From assembly GCA_002794465.1 (NCBI GenBank), contig MTSL01000214.1:343-5704 (forward strand): a stretch of 5,362 nt of DNA, read 5' to 3'. The stretch's first letter is position 1; the number at the start of each line of letters is the position of its first letter. This document shows, in pieces, positions 1-5,183 of the stretch. A model generated the notes under the pieces. That model did not search any database. It was not told the DNA's origin and saw nothing but the letters and a program-made list of their open reading frames with translations. Made by a program: the position numbers and the translations under genes. The DNA is from Paramicrosporidium saccamoebae KSL3. Taxonomy: Eukaryota > Fungi > Cryptomycota.

Positions 1-12
1 CTCAAATACGGG

Positions 13-725
13 TCACATCACACTGAATCAAATACCACACACTTACGCACCTTGCTATCTAAAACACCCTTATGAAACACTCAGACAAATCAGCTCACTA
101 GATCAAACCGTATTCACGTTACAGCTGATAATACCCTTGTGACTGCTTGCCCAGTGCTCTAAGCTTCCCTGCCTCCAATACTTCTCACATCACACTGAAT
201 TGAATATCTCACACGCACCTTGCTATTACAAACACCTCTACAAAACATCCAGACAAATAAACTCACTAAATCAGACCGCATTCACGACACAGTCGATAAT
301 CATCCCTGCTACCGCCCACCCAAATGCTCCAAGCTTCCCTGCCTTCAATACCCATACATCACTTTGAATTCAGTATCACACATTTAACTAACTATTACAG
401 ACATCCCCACAAAAAAATGGAACAACCCGACTCACTAAATCAGACCGTATTCATTCATCTTACAGTAGATAATAATTACCCTTTTTACTGCTTGCCTAAT
501 GCTCTAAGCTTCCCTGACTTCAATACTCATCATCTCACATTGAATTTAGTATCACGCACACACATATACATACACATACACTTACACTTACACTTACACT
601 TACACTTACACTTACACTTAACTAACCATTACAAACACCCCCCACGAAACATCACGACAAATCAACCCACTGCATTCCACGCTATTCACCTTACAGTAGA
701 TAATCACCCCTTTGTAATTGACTAC
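13..725. repeat. Degenerate tandem repeat, ~170-bp unit, ~4 copies (may continue beyond the left window edge)
   Basis: Anchors recur: TCACATCACACTGAAT at 13 and 185 (variants ending at 369 and 545), CTCACTA at 94/262/431, AAGCTTCCCTG at 161/331/506, and TTACAGTAGATAAT at 460/691 (variants near 119 and 287). Spacing is 168-176 bp. The last unit is 231 bp because of an internal microsatellite. The right boundary is approximate. Confidence 0.85.
557..620. repeat. Hexamer microsatellite (CTTACA)6 plus degenerate 5' units
   Basis: Six perfect CTTACA units (581-616) plus CTTA (617-620), preceded in register by CACACA, CATATA, CATACA, CATACA (557-580). Confidence 0.95.
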
Positions 726-811
726 CCAACACACCGAATTACATCCCCTCTAGCTACAAGGATCCCTCTCCCAAGACTATCCTTGCCGTATCACAGTAAC
801 GAGTGCTGTAT

Positions 812-817
812 TTTAAT
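812..817 (-). other. Possible polyadenylation signal (ATTAAA) for the minus-strand gene
   Basis: ATTAAA on the minus strand about 200 nt after the TAG at 1013. This is a hexamer match only. Confidence 0.2.
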
Positions 818-1012
818 AGAGAGCCTGCCGATCAATCCATTACATCACTATCAGAATGAATATGGTGCGGTGCATTAATCGGCAAGTTCTTTGTGTAGAA
901 AATTCTTGCTTTGTAGATATACCACCTCGCGTAACTACACCACTCGTACAACTACATGACCAACATCTAATCAACAGCCATCAAATAAACACAGTATTCT
1001 TCTTGACATGCA

Positions 1013-1804
1013 CTATAGAAACTTATACTCAACCTCTCCCGCGACATATTGCTTGCCAACTGGGATCAGCACACCGGCTCTTACAAGAATACCTAGAAGA
1101 GCTGCAAATGCTGCTTTTGTGGGCCTTCTCACTGCAGTAGGGTGGGCGGGTCGTGGCCCAGGAAAGACAGTAGAACAGTAAAGATCAAAAGCAATTCCGG
1201 ATCGCTTTCGTGCTTTAAGGTATCGGAGCAAAGCACTTTGTTGACTTTCGTCTATGATATTGGAGAGCTCTATTGCCAGGATGGATCTTGCTATGTTAGC
1301 CGTACCAATGGCCTGAGAATCAAGTGCTGCTTCGCCCATCTGCTCACCAGCTGAACGTGTTCCATAGTCACTGCGGCTGAATTCCAAGTTCACAGACGGC
1401 AATCCGTATTGGGTATGGATTGCCTCATTTGGTTCGTTCAGCTCATTTGGTTTGTTCAACTCATCTGGTTTGCTTAACTCATTTGGTTTGTTCAACTCAT
1501 TTGGTTTGTTTAACTCGTTTGGTTTGTTTAACTCGTTTGGTTCCTCCAGTTCATTTGGTTCGTTCAACCTATCCTGCCCATCCAACCCACTTAGCCCATC
1601 CAACCTATCCTGCCCATTCAACCCACTTAGCCCATCCAACCTATCCTGCCCATTCAACTCACTTAACCCATCCAACCTATCCTGCCCACCCAACCCACTT
1701 AACCCATCCTGCACGCCCAAGTTATAATCGTGTGCCATATTATCTGCATCTTCAAGATTAACAGCAAGAGTAGAAGCGAGCTCGACAAGTGCAAGTGTTT
1801 CCGG
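1013..1804 (-). CDS. 3' coding segment (ORF track 1013..2038): repeat linker plus C-terminal probable winged-helix domain; likely last exon
   Basis: Open frame PETLALVELAS...EVEYKFL*. The ORF-track N-terminus (2038-1869) overlaps the Myb-coding frame and is probably shadow sequence. CAG|CCG at 1807-1802 is an in-frame acceptor candidate. Confidence 0.65.
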   Translation of the reverse strand, partial: PETLALVELASTLAVNLEDADNMAHDYNLGVQDGLSGLGGQDRLDGLSELNGQDRLDGLSGLNGQDRLDGLSGLDGQDRLNEPNELEEPNELNKPNELNKPNELNKPNELSKPDELNKPNELNEPNEAIHTQYGLPSVNLEFSRSDYGTRSAGEQMGEAALDSQAIGTANIARSILAIELSNIIDESQQSALLRYLKARKRSGIAFDLYCSTVFPGPRPAHPTAVRRPTKAAFAALLGILVRAGVLIPVGKQYVAGEVEYKFL

Positions 1805-4800
1805 CTGTCTGTAATCATGACTAATACCTGCCCACGCCAAAGCAACTTGCCTACAGAGGTACGCGCACTGAACTTCTGGTACCCTTCGCAAAGCTATACG
1901 AGGGATCAATAGCAATCCTCTTCCACTTATTGACACCATGCTTTCGTATTCCAGTGAGCAATTCTTCGTCCTCAGGCTCAGTCCATACCACCTTTCGTCT
2001 CTTTGCAGTTTGAACTTCTTCCCTTGAAGCCTGCACATTTTCCGCTGCCGTTTCAGCTTGCGTTACCCCCACCCTTCCTGGCATGAGATCAGCTCCACCC
2101 GGCCCGTAATTCAGCCGCCAAAAGCTCTGCGTCCGGGAAAAAAGACTGGAACGGTTCCTTCCCGTGCAATAATGCAAATACTCCACTTGTAAAGTGTGCA
2201 TTTCTTGCACAATTAAGGCGTCAATGTCCACGGCAGGATGCAGGTTCTTCAATGCCCGAGTTCCAAATAGGTATGGCAGTCTCCACCGCCTGTGCTTTAA
2301 GGGGGCCGTATCAAACAAAATCTTCACTGCATCAAGAGCCAGGATGCTGGCGTGCAATACGCGGTATCCTCGTAATCTTGGCGAACTCTGAAGCAATTGC
2401 AAGGGGTCAGGCATGTCCAGGTGCAAAAAAGTGCCAATGTCTATGGCATAGGTGTGAATCAGAACAGCAATTTTTGTCGGTAGCGAAATGTCTGGATGAG
2501 CCATTTTCACGCAAATGTTCATTCTTCGGAAAAGCCTGTCATCGCCCTTGGTAATACGCTTCAGCACCATCTCCACCAATCCATCTTCCGCAGGGCCGAG
2601 ATCAAAAACACCCTGCATCCATCCCAGGGAATAGAATCCCAGCATGTTGGTCTCTGCAATAAACTCTTTCAATCTGAGGCCAGATCGTCCCCACACTAGC
2701 TCACGTCCATAGCTCCGTTGCGAGCCCGAAAGCAAGGTGGCTGCATGGAGGCTCTCGAGGATGCTCGCACTGGCAATTAGGCGCTTTATATCTTGGAGAG
2801 GCCAAGGATTGCAAAGTTTGTACAGGCACTGCGACAGAGCTTGTGTAAGGATTTGCGTCTGGCTACACACGTATCTCATCAACAAGCCCGATGGGACCAC
2901 AATGACATACTGCGTAATATCCTCCGATTTTGAACAATATAGCGCCATTTGACTTGCCAAGTCTCCTACAGGGCAACGCAACTCGGCTCTAATCCCCGCA
3001 GGCCTTCTACCGACTGCTTCCAAGGTCCTCTGAGCTTTGTGACTGTTTTCCACAACCAATTGGATCAGCTTCCAAAGTTTCCTCTCAGTATCGCCAGGAG
3101 GCAGCATGAGATGCCCGTAGACAAGCTTCCCCACATTCAAAAACTCAAAGGGTGATAGTTGGCATTTCGGCCGTACCAAGGAATATACGGTTGCATAAAA
3201 ATTGACCTTTTCGCAACGCCCTACCTTGCAATTGCCAATCTCATTTGAAATCTGCATGCCGCCCTTACCAACGTAGCTCCGCAGCAGGACAGCAAAGGGA
3301 GAATCCTCAACTAGCGTTTCGTCTGCAATCCGCCTCACCTGCGGAGTGGACTGTACGCAGAAATCAACTTTCAAGTCTTGGATAAACCGCACATCAAAGG
3401 CTTCACAAATGCCCTTTTCAAGCATCCACACGTCCCCATCGCAGGTTGACATTAGCGATTCCTTCAACTGCAGCGACTGAATGTAAAACAGTACATCTGG
3501 AACTATTTGTGTCATCGACGTCACATAGCATTCCAAGACTTGGGTTCCAAAGAAATGCTCCACAAATGCGGCATTCTTCAATCCCCCCTGGGTGTATACC
3601 AGCCTATTTGTTGCCGAGTGGGTGCAGCATGGAGGTGCATTGGAGGATGTGTCCAATTGCAAGACATGCTACATTTGTTCGCCCGACACAGAGTAAAAAA
3701 ACACATCCTTTCCCAAACTGGAATTCACACGGCCAATCTTCCAGATGGATCCCAACAAGGGCCGACCACACGACCTTGCATATTGGTTCATCTTCCGAAC
3801 ATTATGTGGCATTACCCCCCTCGGAACTGACAGAATGTTGGCACCTTTAACAATTGCTTTGCATAAATCGCCAGCTTGAATAAAACCAAAAAGTCCGTCT
3901 ATATCAACAACGCTACTGTACACGAGCTTGTGTCCAAGCTGCGCTAGTTCTTGCATCGCCTGCTCTTCTGTTTTGGAAAAGCTTAGTGGGACGGGCGAAC
4001 GCGCAGCAACCGGACCAAAAGTAGGCCCTGCTTCGTCCTGTTGAGGCGTGTCCCTGTTTACACCACACATGTACTGCTCATCTGACATAAGCTCTTGCAA
4101 GCTTACGCAGGTTGCATGGTTGCTAGCCAAAGTGTCTGTATGATTGCCCAGCGCAAATTCCTCACCCTCATGAGGGTCATCCTCAACCGGGCCACCATCC
4201 TTGGTATCTTTCTCGGTATCCTTTTCGGTATCTTTCTCGGTATCCTTTTCGGTATCTTTCTCGGTATCCTTTTCAGTATCTTCTTCCACATATTCTTCAC
4301 TATCTCCATCTCTATCTTCATCTTCATCTCCGTCTCCGTCTCCTCCACCATCTACTTCTTCAGAGATACCCAACTGATACGTCGGCGCTCTCCCTATGGC
4401 TCCCGCCAGTGAATCATCCATCACAGAGTCAATCACCACTGGATGCCACGAAAAACCACCCGCATACCCTAGATAGGCCGTCGGCAATTCAGGACTGACG
4501 ACAAGGTTGAATATTTGACAGCCCTCGTGCTGCCGAGCCATACCAAACTGAGGGCAAAAAATTGTGGCATTCATCTTCTGTATGCGACACAGCTTTACTA
4601 CCCAGCTTAGATTGGGCTTGGATGAGGTGTTGGTAAAGTCTACGGCATACGCCACGTCATCCACTCGTCTTTGCGAGCCGATCCAGCTCTTGGCATATCC
4701 AGCATCCTCATACACGGTATTTTGCAGGGCAGCACCTGCTTCATTGATACTAATCTTGAAGCCGATAGACGCGGTAAACAAAAAGGCTTCCCGAACGCAT

Positions 4801-4904
4801 GAGCCATCGACCGGATGGACTGCAAGATCCACTTTGAAGGCTCCAAGCAACGAAGGAAATGACCCGCGATATGGGTCCTCGCAAATTTTACAGGATAAGG
4901 ACAT
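1013..4904 (-). CDS. Composite gene model: ~1,270-aa multidomain putative DNA-binding protein (uncharacterised core + Myb + repeat linker + probable winged helix), interrupted by one in-frame TAG and one probable intron; intact gene or recent pseudogene
   Basis: Three consecutive minus-strand ORFs. The first two are in frame across a single TAG (3671-3669). The third joins in frame if 1868-1805 is spliced. All internal tandem repeats have units that are multiples of 3 and keep this frame open. Confidence 0.6.
1016..1237 (-). other. Probable winged helix-turn-helix domain (74 aa) at the C-terminus
   Basis: SALLRYLKARK (helix 1), IAFDLYCSTVF (helix 2), TKAAFAALLGILVRAGVL (helix 3 with the typical L-x-x-L-V-x-x-G-x-L ending) and IPVGK...EYKF (beta-hairpin wing). 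Pattern recognised by eye. Confidence 0.45.
1421..1564 (-). repeat. Coding tandem repeat, 8 x 18 nt, (N/E/S)(K/E)P(N/D)E(L/A)
   Basis: Translates to NEPNEL EEPNEL NKPNEL NKPNEL NKPNEL SKPDEL NKPNEL NEPNEA; exactly 144 nt. Confidence 0.95.
1565..1708 (-). repeat. Coding tandem repeat, 4 x 36 nt, DGLS(G/E)L(G/N/D)GQDRL
   Basis: Four near-identical 36-nt units with no spacers; exactly 144 nt, abutting the 18-nt array. Confidence 0.95.
1685..1705 (-). other. Canonical G-quadruplex motif on the coding strand
   Basis: The minus strand reads GGG TTAAGT GGG TT GGG T GGG, matching G3-N1-7-G3-N1-7-G3-N1-7-G3. Whether it folds is untested. Confidence 0.6.
1805..1868 (-). other. Candidate spliceosomal intron (64 nt; alternative donor GTACCT at 1862 gives 58 nt)
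   Basis: TCA|GTGCGC...TTACAGACAG|CCG. Removing it deletes the TAG/TAG/TGA stops and joins the Myb frame to the 1013 frame in phase 0. The length suits fungi, but there is no clean CTRAY branch point. Confidence 0.45.
1851..3662 (-). CDS. Central coding segment (603 aa): uncharacterised globular core plus C-terminal Myb domain
   Basis: 1.8-kb open frame with ordinary globular composition, ending in a recognisable Myb motif. Its 'start' is TTG, two codons after an in-frame TAG, so it is unlikely to be an independent start. Confidence 0.8.
   Translation of the reverse strand: MQLDTSSNAPPCCTHSATNRLVYTQGGLKNAAFVEHFFGTQVLECYVTSMTQIVPDVLFYIQSLQLKESLMSTCDGDVWMLEKGICEAFDVRFIQDLKVDFCVQSTPQVRRIADETLVEDSPFAVLLRSYVGKGGMQISNEIGNCKVGRCEKVNFYATVYSLVRPKCQLSPFEFLNVGKLVYGHLMLPPGDTERKLWKLIQLVVENSHKAQRTLEAVGRRPAGIRAELRCPVGDLASQMALYCSKSEDITQYVIVVPSGLLMRYVCSQTQILTQALSQCLYKLCNPWPLQDIKRLIASASILESLHAATLLSGSQRSYGRELVWGRSGLRLKEFIAETNMLGFYSLGWMQGVFDLGPAEDGLVEMVLKRITKGDDRLFRRMNICVKMAHPDISLPTKIAVLIHTYAIDIGTFLHLDMPDPLQLLQSSPRLRGYRVLHASILALDAVKILFDTAPLKHRRWRLPYLFGTRALKNLHPAVDIDALIVQEMHTLQVEYLHYCTGRNRSSLFSRTQSFWRLNYGPGGADLMPGRVGVTQAETAAENVQASREEVQTAKRRKVVWTEPEDEELLTGIRKHGVNKWKRIAIDPSYSFAKGTRSSVRVPL
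1866..2003 (-). other. Myb/SANT domain of the TRF/telobox type, helices 1-2 and start of helix 3, preceded by basic KRRK (possible NLS)
   Basis: KRRKVVWTEPEDEELLTGIRKHGVNKWKRIAIDPSYSFAKGTRSSV matches the single-repeat Myb pattern W-x-x-x-E-x-x-x-L-x-x-G-h-x-K-(Y/H)-G-x-x-x-W-x-x-I...F...R-(T/S)-x-V of TRF1/TRF2 and plant TRFL proteins. The expected xLKD(K/R)WR ending is absent. Confidence 0.85.
3669..4904 (-). CDS. N-terminal coding segment (411 aa): unknown domain, acidic repeat tract, VVDIDG-containing region
   Basis: ATG in CCAACATGT context (A at -3), 1.2-kb open frame, frame-preserving 12-nt repeats. It ends at a TAG after which the same frame continues (ATG TAG CAT GTC TTG CAA). Confidence 0.75.
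   Translation of the reverse strand: MSLSCKICEDPYRGSFPSLLGAFKVDLAVHPVDGSCVREAFLFTASIGFKISINEAGAALQNTVYEDAGYAKSWIGSQRRVDDVAYAVDFTNTSSKPNLSWVVKLCRIQKMNATIFCPQFGMARQHEGCQIFNLVVSPELPTAYLGYAGGFSWHPVVIDSVMDDSLAGAIGRAPTYQLGISEEVDGGGDGDGDEDEDRDGDSEEYVEEDTEKDTEKDTEKDTEKDTEKDTEKDTKDGGPVEDDPHEGEEFALGNHTDTLASNHATCVSLQELMSDEQYMCGVNRDTPQQDEAGPTFGPVAARSPVPLSFSKTEEQAMQELAQLGHKLVYSSVVDIDGLFGFIQAGDLCKAIVKGANILSVPRGVMPHNVRKMNQYARSCGRPLLGSIWKIGRVNSSLGKDVFFYSVSGEQM
4203..4286 (-). repeat. Coding tandem repeat, 7 x 12 nt (E-K/E-D-T) with a perfect 24-nt higher-order unit x3
   Basis: The plus strand alternates GGTATCTTTCTC / GGTATCCTTTTC three times (4203-4274), followed by the diverged AGTATCTTCTTC. It is contiguous with the D/E/G-rich tract up to about 4352. 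Confidence 0.95.
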
Positions 4905-5045
4905 GTTGGACTATATAGAAGCAGATAGGTTGCGTGTTGAGTATCGTTTAGAAACGGCTCCCCTTGGCTGAAGAATCTTTTCCAGCCAGCCCTGCCCTGG
5001 GGCTATGGATTCTGGAGATCTTGTTGGCTAGGACTCCGTAGCTCA

Positions 5046-5090
5046 TTAGCTAAATAATGGGACCAACCTGCTAGTAGTACGAGAGCTCAT
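5046..5090 (-). other. Short upstream ORF (MSSRTTSRLVPLFS*) or first exon, in frame with the main ORF
   Basis: CAAACAAAC-ATG is a strong fungal-type start context, in the same frame as ATG 4904. It is followed by CAG|GTTGGT (5067) and a branch-like GCTAAT (5050-5045). Confidence 0.3.
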
Positions 5091-5144
5091 GTTTGTTTGT
5101 TACAGTCAGCAATGGCCTAATTGAAGCACCACGGCTCTAAAGCA

Positions 5145-5183
5145 GGCGGCCCGCCATTATGCCGTTATGCCGTTATATAACGG
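5145..5183. promoter_or_regulatory. Putative promoter module: TATA-centred 14-bp palindrome, three 8-bp direct repeats, three TAACGG sites
   Basis: CCGTTATATAACGG (5170-5183) is a perfect palindrome. GCC(A/G)TTAT occurs three times at 5153/5161/5169, and GGCGG-C-CCGCC at 5145-5155. The module lies about 270 nt upstream of ATG 4904 and about 80 nt upstream of ATG 5090. Confidence 0.5.

Noticed and set aside
324-878. 184-aa plus-strand ORF with HL/HI dipeptide run and an internal repeat (HLTN...IHLTVDN)
   Set aside because: It runs through the G-poor tandem array and microsatellite, where stops are depleted. Other unit spacings (168-176 bp) are not consistently multiples of 3, so it is probably not coding.
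856-1354. Plus-strand ORFs 856..1140 and 1142..1354
   Set aside because: They are short, largely antisense to the better supported minus-strand frame, and have no recognisable motif.
1565-1708. 36-nt repeats as a CRISPR array
   Set aside because: The units are directly adjacent with no unique spacers, they lie in frame within a CDS, and there are no cas genes.
1420-1761. Plus-strand repeat ORFs 1420..1761 and 1452..1727
   Set aside because: They are antisense shadows of the 18/36-nt coding repeats, which stay open in several frames by construction.
1750-1862. 113-nt intron giving RSSVRMQIIWHTI, which places a Trp at the helix-3 position
   Set aside because: It needs an AAG acceptor that skips several YAGs, lacks the conserved KD(K/R) residues and stops about 16 codons later, discarding the long 3' frame. 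Likely coincidence.
1869-2038. ATG 2038 as the start of an independent 341-aa gene
   Set aside because: This stretch overlaps the clearly recognisable Myb-coding frame, so it is more simply an alternative-frame shadow.
4881-4892. N-terminal CKIC as a zinc finger
   Set aside because: It is a single CxxC with no correctly spaced second ligand pair nearby.
1013-4913. Genome-wide TAG reassignment (alternative genetic code)
   Set aside because: Reading TAG as sense after 1851 or 1013 runs into TGA within a few codons and does not restore Myb helix 3. Only one clearly internal TAG in about 1,270 codons is too few for a reassigned codon.
4912-4917. TATATA just upstream of ATG 4904 as a TATA box
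   Set aside because: It is only about 8-13 nt from the ATG, too close for a core promoter element.
2194-4971. Numerous 60-135 aa plus-strand ORFs and small alternative-frame minus ORFs (4103..4351, 4640..4846)
   Set aside because: They are nested in or antisense to the main frame and have no motifs. The K/R/I-rich and F/L/G/I-rich ones are alternative readings of the 12-nt repeat.
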